Assembly (NCBI GenBank): GCA_002493305.1
Contig: DKYJ01000032.1
Span: 16,141 to 80,140, forward strand
DNA: 64,000 bases
Direction of reading: 5' to 3'
Origin: Clostridiales bacterium UBA7103
Lineage (GTDB): Bacteria > Bacillota > Clostridia > Oscillospirales > Oscillospiraceae
Shown: one piece after another, positions 1 to 8,464 of the stretch
Numbering within the stretch: position 1 is the stretch's first letter
Layout: every line of letters begins with the position of its first letter
Position numbers and translations under genes: made by a program
The notes under the pieces: model-generated
What the model was told of the DNA's origin: nothing
The model's database searches: none
What the model saw: only the letters and a program-made list of their open reading frames with translations

Positions 1-219
1 GTAAACAAATACCAGAGCGAGGGGGAAGCAGGTCTGGAGCCAAAGAAGAAACCCGGTAATCCACTGTCACGCTATGAGCGCCGCAAGGAACTCACCTATG
101 AAGAGCAACTCCAGTATCAAATCGAGCTGCTCAAGCGGGAACTATTAAAGAAAGATGCGGAGGTAGCCCGTTTAAAACGACGAAACGCACGAAAGGAGGG
201 CGATGCTCAAAGAAAATAA
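1..219 (+). CDS. IS3-family transposase OrfA, C-terminal part (5' end outside window)
   Basis: Frame 1 is open from base 1 to TAA at 217-219. It translates to ...KELTYEEQLQYQIELLKRELLKKDAEVARLKRRNARKEGDAQRK, the leucine-zipper-like tail typical of IS3 OrfA. It lies directly upstream of, and overlaps, the DDE ORF in the -1 frame. Confidence 0.7.
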   Translation, partial: VNKYQSEGEAGLEPKKKPGNPLSRYERRKELTYEEQLQYQIELLKRELLKKDAEVARLKRRNARKEGDAQRK

Positions 220-1091
220 CTCAGGAGATATATGCCGAAATCCAGCATCAGGCGGATCAACATTCCGTCACAGAGCTTTGCGGTATCTACGGCGTTTCAA
301 GAAGCGGATATTACAAATGGCTGCGGCGCAATGGCAAGCCAAATCGCTATGAGCTTTCTCAGCAAACGTTAGACGCCTATGTCTCGGATATCCATGCACA
401 TCACCCTATGATGGGATACCGATCCATGCAGGACATGCTGGCTTTGCAGTTCGGCTTGGTGGTAAGTGACCCAACTGTCTTGAAGTCCATGCAAAGGCTG
501 CACATTCATGGATATACGCGGCAGAGAAAAAAGCAGTCCTTCGGAAGCGGAATGGAGCATTCCCGTTTCCCTGACCTGCTCAAACGGGACTTCAAAGCTA
601 CAGCCCCCTTGCAGAAAGTGCTTACGGATATTACCTATATCAAGCATCAGGGTAAGTGGCACTATCTTGCTGCGTATCTCGACCTGTACAATAACGAGAT
701 TCTTGAATGGGAACTAAGCGACCGTTTCGACAATTTCCTTGTTATGAGACCCGCTGAACGCCTCTTAAAAAGAACAGAGAGTACTCCACACCCAATCCTC
801 TTACACAGCGACCAAGGTGTACAGTACTCATCTGCCGGTTATTGCAACCTGCTTACAAAATACAACGTAATTCAGAGTATGTCAAGAGCCGGTATGCCCC
901 GCGACATCGCCGTTATGGAGAGCTTCTGGGGCCGTTTCAAGGATACACTCAGAAAACATTTTCGTTTCTGGGAAAAGGATAATCTCCATGCTGTCGTTGA
1001 GCAGTGCGTTCATTATTTCAACTTCATTCGCCCTCTTCGCAAACTCAACGGTAAACCACCAGCCCTGTTTCGCTCAGAGCTGGTGGCTTAA
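171..1091 (+). CDS. IS3-family transposase OrfB (DDE integrase-like domain), probably made as an OrfAB fusion by -1 frameshift
   Basis: The frame of the 408..1091 ORF stays open back to about 171 without an ATG. Its N-terminal part reads ELCGIYGVSRSGYYKWLRR (HTH_21-like). DDE-type motifs are present: VLTDITYI, LLHSDQGVQYSS, MESFWGRFK. The heptamer T TTA AAA at 171-177 sits in the OrfA frame. Confidence 0.8.
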   Translation, partial: FKTTKRTKGGRCSKKITQEIYAEIQHQADQHSVTELCGIYGVSRSGYYKWLRRNGKPNRYELSQQTLDAYVSDIHAHHPMMGYRSMQDMLALQFGLVVSDPTVLKSMQRLHIHGYTRQRKKQSFGSGMEHSRFPDLLKRDFKATAPLQKVLTDITYIKHQGKWHYLAAYLDLYNNEILEWELSDRFDNFLVMRPAERLLKRTESTPHPILLHSDQGVQYSSAGYCNLLTKYNVIQSMSRAGMPRDIAVMESFWGRFKDTLRKHFRFWEKDNLHAVVEQCVHYFNFIRPLRKLNGKPPALFRSELVA

Positions 1092-1330
1092 TTGGGTCTT
1101 TTGTGTCTTCTTTCTATTGACTATTTCACTCGTAAGAGAGCGGATTTTTGTAATGAGTGACGAAGTCGCTTCGCTGATGAATAATTGATTTGCTTTTGGC
1201 ACGAATTCCCGCCTTGTGGCGAGGGTCAATGCAGGTCGGGCTTGTTTTCCGTTTACGAACCACACCTGCGTTGCCTGGCTGTGGTTTGGCTTTGCGGTCT
1301 TTGCGCATCCTTGGTGTAAAGATTACGCAC

Positions 1331-1360
1331 AAAAAACCGATGCTTTCGCATCGGTTTTTT
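1331..1360 (-). terminator. Rho-independent terminator downstream of the tup operon (bidirectional shape)
   Basis: aaaaaaccgatgc-tttc-gcatcggtttttt: a perfect GC-containing stem flanked by an A-run and a T-run, 49 nt downstream of the ATPase stop. Confidence 0.7.
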
Positions 1361-1408
1361 CAATAAAATTTGTTTTTTTGATTCTGCCGCGGCTTGAAAA
1401 ATATATCA

Positions 1409-2062
1409 TCACGCGTAAAACTCCAAAAACCGTTTGGTTTCCGGCTTATCAGGGGAGTCGAGCAGCTTGGCTTTCGCGCCCTGCTCCAAAAGCCGCCCGG
1501 CGTGAAAAAACATGACTTCGTCCGCCGTCCGGCGGGCCTGCTGTAAGCTGTGGGTCACCAGTATCAGGGCGCAATTGGTCTCCCTGCAATAGTCCATGAT
1601 AAGCGCTTCGGCCAGCGAGCTGCTTTCCATGTCCATCGCGGCGGTAGGCTCATCCAAAATCACCAAATCAAAGCACCCCATCATCAGCCGTGCCAGAGCC
1701 ATGCGGGCCGTCTCTCCGCCGGAGAGGCGGTCAGCGCGTTTATCGGCCAGATTGGAGATCCGCAGGCGCTCCATTAACTGCTCCGCCCGGGGCCTGTCCT
1801 TTCCACCCAGCAGGATATTGGCCCTGACGCTCATGCGAAAGGCATAGTTTTTTTGGGGCATATAGCCCACGCTCAGCCCCGGCTCCAGTTTGTTCCCCGG
1901 CAGGTCAGCGGGGAGCACACCGGCAAGCACACGGGCAAAGGTGGATTTGCCGCTGCCGTTAGCGCCTATAACACCGTAAATTTTCCCACGTTCCAGCACA
2001 GCACCGGGGAAATCCAGAACTTTTCTGTTTCCATAGGTTTTGGTAAAGGCCTCTGTTTTCAT
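1409..2062 (-). CDS. tupC: ABC transporter ATP-binding protein (tungstate-type, TupC-like)
   Basis: Walker A GANGSGKST, signature LSGGE, Walker B LVILDEPT. I moved the start to the internal MKTEAF (ATG 2060-2062), which overlaps the stop of the permease gene. The longer N-terminus in the ORF track is Arg/Gly-rich junk. Confidence 0.8.
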   Translation of the reverse strand: MKTEAFTKTYGNRKVLDFPGAVLERGKIYGVIGANGSGKSTFARVLAGVLPADLPGNKLEPGLSVGYMPQKNYAFRMSVRANILLGGKDRPRAEQLMERLRISNLADKRADRLSGGETARMALARLMMGCFDLVILDEPTAAMDMESSSLAEALIMDYCRETNCALILVTHSLQQARRTADEVMFFHAGRLLEQGAKAKLLDSPDKPETKRFLEFYA

Positions 2063-2745
2063 CGGCTCAGCCTCCTTTGCAGCAGGGAGATCGCCGCGTT
2101 CACCAGCAGCGACACCGCCAGCAGGATCAGACCCAGAGCAATGCCCAATGAGAAGTTGCCCCGATTGGTGTACTGCATGATGGCGGTTGTCATCACGTTG
2201 GTCTTCCATGCTATGGCGCCGCCAACCATGGACACCGCGCCTACCTCCGCGATGCTGCGGGCGAAGGCCAGCAGATAGGCGGAAAAAATCTGATAAACGC
2301 ATTCGTTGCCCAGCAGCAGCAAGGTGCGCAGACGGCTCAGACCCAGACCCTTCGCCGTCTCACGGACGGCAGGGGCAAGGTCGGATACATAGCTCTCCAT
2401 ATTTCCGATGACAATGGGGGTGATAAGCACCACCTGAGCTATCACCATGATCTCCACCGTGAACAGCAGCTTATACTGTCTGAAAGGGCCAACGCCGGAA
2501 AACAGCATATAGAACAACAGCCCGCAGACCACTGGCGGCAGACCCATCAGCGTGCGGTTTATAACCAGCAGCAGTCCACGGCCACGGAAGCGACAAGCGC
2601 CGAGCCAGATGCCCAGCGGAACGCCGATCAGCAGAGCGATAAGCGAGCTCGACAAACTCATACGCGCCGTGACGGACAGAATGCTGCACAGCTCCGCGTC
2701 GGCAGTGAGGATCAATTCAATTGCTTTCTCGGCGGCACTGTGCAT
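2059..2745 (-). CDS. tupB: ABC transporter permease (TupB-like)
   Basis: 228-aa multi-TM protein of the binding-protein-dependent permease type, lying between the TupA-like binding protein and the ATPase. Confidence 0.8.
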   Translation of the reverse strand: MHSAAEKAIELILTADAELCSILSVTARMSLSSSLIALLIGVPLGIWLGACRFRGRGLLLVINRTLMGLPPVVCGLLFYMLFSGVGPFRQYKLLFTVEIMVIAQVVLITPIVIGNMESYVSDLAPAVRETAKGLGLSRLRTLLLLGNECVYQIFSAYLLAFARSIAEVGAVSMVGGAIAWKTNVMTTAIMQYTNRGNFSLGIALGLILLAVSLLVNAAISLLQRRLSR

Positions 2746-2823
2746 GATTTCTCTCCTTTACTGATCATCCCCACGGGAGCAATACTCCCGTGGGGATAAT
2801 TTTAGACTATTACGCCTGTAAAA

Positions 2824-3861
2824 TCAAGCGATCTGACCGTTGTTGGCGGCAAAGGTCAGAAAGGTGGCCTTGTCGGTAAGGATATAGCCTTCCATCTGCT
2901 CGGCCATGACAAGGCAGGCGCCCATGCCGGCGTTGGCGGAAACATACCACTCAGTATAGTCGGCAAAGGAATCAGCCTCGGCGGTGATGCCCAGATCCTC
3001 CGGCCAGAGGGACAGCTCCTTGGTGTGGGTGCCGGAACCATCACCGCGGGAGATAAAGGTGAACTTGCCTTCGGCAATGGCGGCAAAAGCGTCTTTCACG
3101 CTGGCGCAGGCGGCTGCACCGGCAGGGTCGGCAGAGGGGCCGCAGAGCACAAAATAGTTATAGATAAAGGAGACGCGCTCGGCCTCGAAGCCGTCTACCA
3201 CGCGGGCAAAGCCCGCCTCAACAAACTTCTCCTCCTGGGACTTGGCATGGACGAGGATCAGGTCGGCATTGCCGTACTGGGCGGCGGCTATGGCTTTTCC
3301 TGTACCGGCGGACTGCACCTCGACCGTGTAGCCATACTCGCGCTCAAAGGCTGGCAGCAGATAGTCAAGCAGACCTGAATCCTTCACGGAGGTAGTGGTA
3401 GACAGGCGAATGGTCTTTGTTTCCCCGGTGGCGGCGGCGATATCCCCGGCATAGACCGGAGCGTCGTCCTTCAAATAGAACAGGTGCTCGCCATAGTCCG
3501 CCATGCCGAAGTCTGCGGCCATATCCAGTGCGGCCTGACTCAGCATCCAATGAATCAGCGCATCGGCACCGGCGGTGTTTACCGCCACATCGGAAACGGC
3601 GTTGCCGTCTGCGTCGGTAAAAGGCGCGTCGGGGTTGACGGCGATAAGCGTATAGGTATTGAGCATGCTGTCGTCAGCTTCGTAGAGGATCCGGGTGTCA
3701 ACGGCAGCGGCGGGCTCCTCCGCGGGAGCTTCCGACTGGGCGGGAGCAGGCTCCTCAGAGGCAGCGGGAGCCTGACTCTCAGCGGGCGCGTTGGAAGTGC
3801 CGCAGGCGCACAGCCCCAGAACCATAACAAGGGCCAGCAGCAAAGCAAGTGTTTTTTTCAT
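2824..3861 (-). CDS. tupA: Tungstate/oxyanion-binding lipoprotein (TupA-like, PBP_like_2), apparently circularly permuted
   Basis: The start is set at MKKTLALLLALVMVLGLCACG (lipobox LCAC), ATG at 3859-3861, with GGAGGA 8 nt upstream. It carries the TTTS motif (RLSTTTSVKDSGLLD), GTGKA, and SRGDGSGTH. The upstream 100 aa of the track ORF are rejected. Confidence 0.8.
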   Translation of the reverse strand: MKKTLALLLALVMVLGLCACGTSNAPAESQAPAASEEPAPAQSEAPAEEPAAAVDTRILYEADDSMLNTYTLIAVNPDAPFTDADGNAVSDVAVNTAGADALIHWMLSQAALDMAADFGMADYGEHLFYLKDDAPVYAGDIAAATGETKTIRLSTTTSVKDSGLLDYLLPAFEREYGYTVEVQSAGTGKAIAAAQYGNADLILVHAKSQEEKFVEAGFARVVDGFEAERVSFIYNYFVLCGPSADPAGAAACASVKDAFAAIAEGKFTFISRGDGSGTHTKELSLWPEDLGITAEADSFADYTEWYVSANAGMGACLVMAEQMEGYILTDKATFLTFAANNGQIA

Positions 3862-4115
3862 ATTTTTCCTCCGTAAAAATAAAAATGACCAGCCGATTTC
3901 CAGACCAATCCCTTGACACAACATGCGTGCCAAAGTAGTTTCCGGAAAGAGGCTCGTCCACCGCTTTTCAAGAACATTATTCAGCCAGAAAATCAGCCGA
4001 CTGATTTGTGTAAACAGTATAGCACAGCTTTCACCGGCTTTCAAATATTTTTTCTTTTCAAGCCGGGGCAGCGGGTGTATAGTGATCATATAAAATAAAA
4101 CCGGAGGTGTCGGGC

Positions 4116-4511
4116 ATGAGCAAGCAGAGCCCTTCCATGGATCAGTGGCTGAGAGAGGCAAAGACCCATGAAAGCGCCCCGAAGGTGGGCATGTACTTAT
4201 TCCATAACGGCGTGGTGCGCCGGAGCGCCAAAGCCGCGGTGCGGCAGGGGGACGAGACAGCCGCCCCGGTCACCGGTATGTTGTTCTCCTATGACCAGGA
4301 GAAGGTGGCCGCTGCCGTGGCCGAAGCCTACGGGCTGCCGGGTGTGTTTTATATCCGGGTCTGGCTCAACGAGGGGGAGCTTAATGTGGGGGACGACATC
4401 ATGTTCGTCCTCATCGGCGGCGATATCCGCCCGCATGTGGTGGATGCTCTGCAATTTCTGGTGGGCAAAATCAAAAACGAGTGCGTCACCGAGACGGAGA
4501 TAAGCCGGTAA
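4116..4511 (+). CDS. MoaE-like protein (divergent molybdopterin synthase catalytic subunit family)
   Basis: ATG at 4116 lies 8 nt after GGAGG. The pattern GMYLFHNGVVR ... LFSYD ... IRVWLNEGELNVGDDIMFVLIGGDIRPH ... FLVGKIK ... TE resembles the MoaE fold signature. It sits next to Moco genes. The assignment is from memory of the family pattern only. Confidence 0.45.
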   Translation: MSKQSPSMDQWLREAKTHESAPKVGMYLFHNGVVRRSAKAAVRQGDETAAPVTGMLFSYDQEKVAAAVAEAYGLPGVFYIRVWLNEGELNVGDDIMFVLIGGDIRPHVVDALQFLVGKIKNECVTETEISR

Positions 4512-4518
4512 GCTTAAA

Positions 4519-4555
4519 CAGCCTCTGCTCAGAAAATGAGCAGAGGCTGTTTTTC
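4519..4555. terminator. Bidirectional Rho-independent terminator between the convergent MoaE-like and mog genes
   Basis: cagcctctgctca-gaaaa-tgagcagaggctg followed by ttttt: a 13-bp perfect stem. Confidence 0.8.
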
Positions 4556-5057
4556 ACTTGCCACAGTCGGCGCTGCCTTTGCCCTGAAGCATTTCCAGCC
4601 CGTGACCTATGGGGTCAATAACGGCAAGCAGATTCTCAGCAGAGGCTTTTTTGCTGCCGGGCAGGTTCACAATCAGGCTGCGCCCGCGTATGCCGGCGGC
4701 GGAGCGGGACAGGCAGCCCCGGGGAGTGATCTTCATGCTCTCTGCGCGCATTGCCTCCGGGATACCGGGTGTCGGGCGCTCCACAACGGCCATGGTGGCC
4801 TCAGGGGTGATGTCCCGCGGGGAAAAGCCCGTGCCCCCGGTGGTCAGCACCAGCGCGATATGAAGCTCGTCGGCACATTTGATAAGCTCCGCCTGAATCT
4901 GCTCCGCCTCGTCCGGCACAAGAGCCGTATGGCGCACATCGAAGCCGCGCTCGCGGAGAAGGGCGCAGAGATTGGGGCCGCTGGTGTCCTCGCGTTCGCC
5001 GCAAAAGCCCTTGTCGCTGACGGTGATAACCGCCGCCGTATATGTCATAGCCGTCAT
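4554..5057 (-). CDS. mog: Molybdenum cofactor biosynthesis protein MogA/MoaB (MPT adenylyltransferase domain)
   Basis: 167 aa with AAVITVSDKG ... LVLTTGGTGFSPRD ... PGSKKA, the typical MoCF_biosynth domain. It is the last gene of the minus-strand Moco operon. Confidence 0.85.
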   Translation of the reverse strand: MTAMTYTAAVITVSDKGFCGEREDTSGPNLCALLRERGFDVRHTALVPDEAEQIQAELIKCADELHIALVLTTGGTGFSPRDITPEATMAVVERPTPGIPEAMRAESMKITPRGCLSRSAAGIRGRSLIVNLPGSKKASAENLLAVIDPIGHGLEMLQGKGSADCGK

Positions 5058-5530
5058 TCCTTTCGTTCAAAATCGCCGTGGACGCCGCCAGATTTTTTCA
5101 GCAGGCGAATGTCCGTGATGACCATATCTTTCTGCACCGCCTTGCACATGTCATACACCGTCAAAGCGGCGGTGCTGACGGCGGTGAGGGCCTCCATTTC
5201 CACCCCTGTGCGCCCGTCGCAGGAGACAGTGGCCTGAATCTCTACGGAACAGCGCTCCTCATCCAGATTCAGCTTCAGGTCGATGCCGTCCATCAGAATG
5301 GGGTGGCACATGGGGATCAGCTCCGGGGTGCGCTTTGCCCCCATTACTCCTGCCACCTGAGCCACCGTGAGCACATCTCCCTTCTTCATGCCGCCGGAGT
5401 GGATCAGCGAAAAGGTCTCCCGGTTCACCAGCACCCGGGCGGCGGCGGTGGCTGCCCGCCGGGTAGAGGACTTTTCGCCTACATCGACCATTTTTGCCCG
5501 GCCCTGCTCGTTAAAATGGGTAAAATCCAT
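5054..5530 (-). CDS. moaC: Cyclic pyranopterin monophosphate synthase MoaC
   Basis: The start is at MDFTHFNEQG (ATG 5528-5530) with GGAGG upstream. It reads MVDVGEK ... IPMCHP ... GVEMEAL ... VYDMCKA. Confidence 0.9.
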   Translation of the reverse strand: MDFTHFNEQGRAKMVDVGEKSSTRRAATAAARVLVNRETFSLIHSGGMKKGDVLTVAQVAGVMGAKRTPELIPMCHPILMDGIDLKLNLDEERCSVEIQATVSCDGRTGVEMEALTAVSTAALTVYDMCKAVQKDMVITDIRLLKKSGGVHGDFERKE

Positions 5531-5535
5531 GGTTT

Positions 5536-6486
5536 TCAGCCTCCGATCTGGTTCATGCTGCGGCCTGCATGGCTGGGGTTTTGAGCGTTCAGCTCTCCGT
5601 GCCATTCGGGCTTGCAGTTGATGGTCTGTATCATGACGGCGCGCATCTGCTCCCGATCCAGTCCCTTAATGCTGTATTCCTCCGCAGAGTGGAGGCAGGG
5701 CTTGAGCCTGCCGTCGGCAGTCAGGCGGATACGGTTGCACGCGGCGCAAAAGTGTGCGTTCACCGGGCTTATAAGCCCCACATTTCCCATAGCGCCCGGC
5801 AGCCTGTAAAGCCTGGCCACGCCGCCGTCCGCTGGCTGTTCCTCCAGCTCAGGCAGAGCCTCCAACACTCTGGCGTTGGAGATAAAGCTCTCCGGAGCAA
5901 AGCCGCTGTCTATCATGGGCATCATCTCGATAAAGCGCAGATCAAGAGGATAGCGCCGGGTAAGCTCGGCCAGAGAGGCTATTTCATCATCATTAAAGCC
6001 GCCGATCAGCACTGTGTTCAGCTTCACCTTTTCAAAGCCCGCGGCAAGAGCGGCCCGTATGCCCGCCGCCGCCTGCCGTAAGCTGCCCACGCGGGTGATA
6101 TAGGCGTATTTTTCCGGGTTCAGGGTGTCCAGACTGATGTTCAGCCGCCGGACGCCCGCCTCTTTCAGCGGCACCGCCAGCTCCGGAAGGAGGAGGCCGT
6201 TTGTGGTGAGGCAGAGCTCCCGTATTCCCTCCACCGCCGCTGCCCGGCGGCAGATGGAGACGATATTTTTCTTCACCAGCGGCTCGCCCCCGGTGATGCG
6301 CAGCTTTGTGATGCCCAGAGAGGCAGCAGCTTCCACTGCCTGGATCAGCTCATCTTCCCGCAGCATGTCCTCGTGCCGCTTTTTGCAGATGCCCTCCTCG
6401 GGCATGCAGTAACGGCAGCGGAGATTGCACAGCTCTGTCACCGATATACGAAGATAGCTTATATTTCTGCCAAAGTTGTCCTTCAT
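5536..6486 (-). CDS. moaA: GTP 3',8-cyclase MoaA (radical SAM)
   Basis: CNLRCRYCMP radical-SAM cluster motif plus a C-terminal CAACNRIRLTADGRLKPCL second-cluster motif. Confidence 0.92.
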   Translation of the reverse strand: MKDNFGRNISYLRISVTELCNLRCRYCMPEEGICKKRHEDMLREDELIQAVEAAASLGITKLRITGGEPLVKKNIVSICRRAAAVEGIRELCLTTNGLLLPELAVPLKEAGVRRLNISLDTLNPEKYAYITRVGSLRQAAAGIRAALAAGFEKVKLNTVLIGGFNDDEIASLAELTRRYPLDLRFIEMMPMIDSGFAPESFISNARVLEALPELEEQPADGGVARLYRLPGAMGNVGLISPVNAHFCAACNRIRLTADGRLKPCLHSAEEYSIKGLDREQMRAVMIQTINCKPEWHGELNAQNPSHAGRSMNQIGG

Positions 6487-6542
6487 TGCCTGCTCCGTGT
6501 CAAGTGTTGAGTGGATCTTTTCATTGTTTGCTTCGCACCGCT

Positions 6543-8453
6543 TCAGTCGATCGAGATGATCTCGCCCGGGCGGTCAAGAGTATAGCCGCCCATGGCCAAA
6601 AGTTTATCCCGGAAGGCCTGACTTTTAAGCACCTCCACCATCTGCCGCACAAGCGGGCTGTCCCAGGCATGGTCGGGGATAAGCAGGTCATATTCCTCAA
6701 TGCAGACCGGCAAAAAATCCAGGTCATAAAGCCTCGCGGCAGAGTAAATGCCCATGCCGGCGTCAGCGGAGCCGCTGGCAAGCTGCGCGGCCACGCTGGT
6801 ATGGGTCAGCTCCTCCCGCTCATAGCCGTAGATGGAGTCAGTAGTTAGCCCCGCATTTTTGCACAGATAATCTGTCAGGATCCGTGTGCCGGAGCCCTTC
6901 TGGCGGTTCACATAGCGCAGACCGGGCCGGGCAATGTCGGCAAATCTTTCAATACCCAGGGGGTTGCCCTTTTGCAGCATAAGCCCCTGCTGCCGCCCGA
7001 CGCAGCGGAGCAGCTTCACGCCCCCTTTGGGAAAGTATTTTCTTATAAAGGAGCGGTTGTATTCCCCTGTCTCCGTGTCCAGCAGGTGGCAGCCCGCGGC
7101 ATGAGCCTCGCCGCGGCGAATAGCCATGATCCCGCCCATGGAGCCCACATGGGCGGAGCTCATGTACACGCCGCAGTTTTTCAGGTGCATGAGGTTTGCC
7201 AGCTCGTCCAGCAGCGGGTCGTGGCTGCCGATGACGACCAGAGTGTTCCTCAGCTTATCCTCCCGGCTTAAGAGACGCACCTGTACCTGTTCCCCGACCT
7301 CGTAGCCCTCCACCTCCTGAGGGATGGGGAGAATACCGTCGGCCTTCATGAAGCTGGAGACCATGCCGCTGCCCCGGTTGAGGGGCGAGGCCATCAGCTT
7401 GCCGCCCACATAGCCCATGCGCACCCGGACAAATTCCTGATATTTAAGGCCCGAAACCACGGGTCTTGTCAGGGTGGCCATGGCGGTTGGCGCGGGCGCG
7501 GCGGCTGTGCTCAGCCAATATTCAATAAGAGGTTTTAGCAGTTCCTCAATAACAATAATGCCGGAAACCGGGTACCCGGGGACGCCCAGAACGGGCTTTG
7601 CCCCCAAACAGCCCAGAATGGCGGGCTTGCCGGGCTTCATCGCAATGCCGTGGTACAGCACCTGCCCCAGCTCACCGATGACCCGGGCGGAAAAATCCTC
7701 TCGCCCGGCGGAGGAACCGGCGTTGAGGATAGCAATGTCACACTCGGCAGCGGCTTTGGAAACGGCGGCCTTGATCTCATCGAACCTGTCCGGCACGATG
7801 GGATATGTTTTGCTCTCCGCGCCCCACTGATCCAGCATGGCGGAGAAAATGGAGGAATTGAACTCCATGATGTCCCCGGGTTTAGGGTCAGTGCAGGGAG
7901 GAACGATCTCGTCACCGGTGGGAATTATGCCCACCAGCGGCTTGCAGAGCACCGAAAGCTCCAACACGCCGCCGGCCAGCATTGCCCCGATGGCGGAGGG
8001 GCTTACCACCGTGTGGGCGGGGAGTATCATTTCCCCGGCGCAGACATCTTCTCCGATCTGGCGAATATGCTGCCAGGGAGCGGCGGCGGAATGAATGGTG
8101 ATGGAGCCGTCGTAGTTTTTCACAATATCCTCCACCATGATGACTGCGTCCCTGCCCTCCGGAATGGCGTCACCCGTGTCAAGAACCATGAACTGATCTG
8201 GGCGGAGCGTGACAGGAGTCGTCTCCGTCGCGCCGAAGGTATCCCGTGCCGTGACCGCCACGCCGTCCATGGCGCTTGCGGCGTAGTGCGGTGCGCAGAT
8301 ATGGGCGTAAACCGCCTCGGCGGTGACCCGGCCGCAGGCCTGCTGTACCGGGATTACCTGAGTTTTGGGCGCGTAGCCATGCTCAACAAGCAGGCTGAGA
8401 TAGTCCCTCTTTGCTTGCTCAAGCGGCATGTTTGTGAGGTATGTAAAGGGCAT
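6543..8453 (-). CDS. moeA: MoeA-family molybdopterin molybdenum/tungsten transferase fused to a C-terminal PBP-like domain
   Basis: 636 aa. The N-terminal ~400 aa are MoeA-like (SAMDGVAV, IIPTGDE, SSAGRED). The C-terminal ~230 aa (VVIGSHDPLLDEL ... NRQKGSGTR ... ADAGMGI) resemble the periplasmic-binding-like oxyanion domain seen fused to some MoeA proteins. Confidence 0.8.
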   Translation of the reverse strand: MPFTYLTNMPLEQAKRDYLSLLVEHGYAPKTQVIPVQQACGRVTAEAVYAHICAPHYAASAMDGVAVTARDTFGATETTPVTLRPDQFMVLDTGDAIPEGRDAVIMVEDIVKNYDGSITIHSAAAPWQHIRQIGEDVCAGEMILPAHTVVSPSAIGAMLAGGVLELSVLCKPLVGIIPTGDEIVPPCTDPKPGDIMEFNSSIFSAMLDQWGAESKTYPIVPDRFDEIKAAVSKAAAECDIAILNAGSSAGREDFSARVIGELGQVLYHGIAMKPGKPAILGCLGAKPVLGVPGYPVSGIIVIEELLKPLIEYWLSTAAAPAPTAMATLTRPVVSGLKYQEFVRVRMGYVGGKLMASPLNRGSGMVSSFMKADGILPIPQEVEGYEVGEQVQVRLLSREDKLRNTLVVIGSHDPLLDELANLMHLKNCGVYMSSAHVGSMGGIMAIRRGEAHAAGCHLLDTETGEYNRSFIRKYFPKGGVKLLRCVGRQQGLMLQKGNPLGIERFADIARPGLRYVNRQKGSGTRILTDYLCKNAGLTTDSIYGYEREELTHTSVAAQLASGSADAGMGIYSAARLYDLDFLPVCIEEYDLLIPDHAWDSPLVRQMVEVLKSQAFRDKLLAMGGYTLDRPGEIISID

Positions 8454-8464
8454 AATAAGTCCTC

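Larger units (their letters stand above)
1..1100 (+). mobile_element. Partial IS3-family insertion sequence (left end outside window; right end not defined)
   Basis: OrfA/OrfB arrangement as described above. I could not identify the terminal inverted repeat because the left end is missing, so the right boundary is approximate. Confidence 0.7.

Noticed and set aside
1126-1332. 68-aa basic ORF on the minus strand between the IS3 copy and the tup terminator
   Set aside because: It has no RBS and is Lys/Arg/Pro-rich. It lies in what is probably the IS end plus disrupted flanking DNA, so there is insufficient support.
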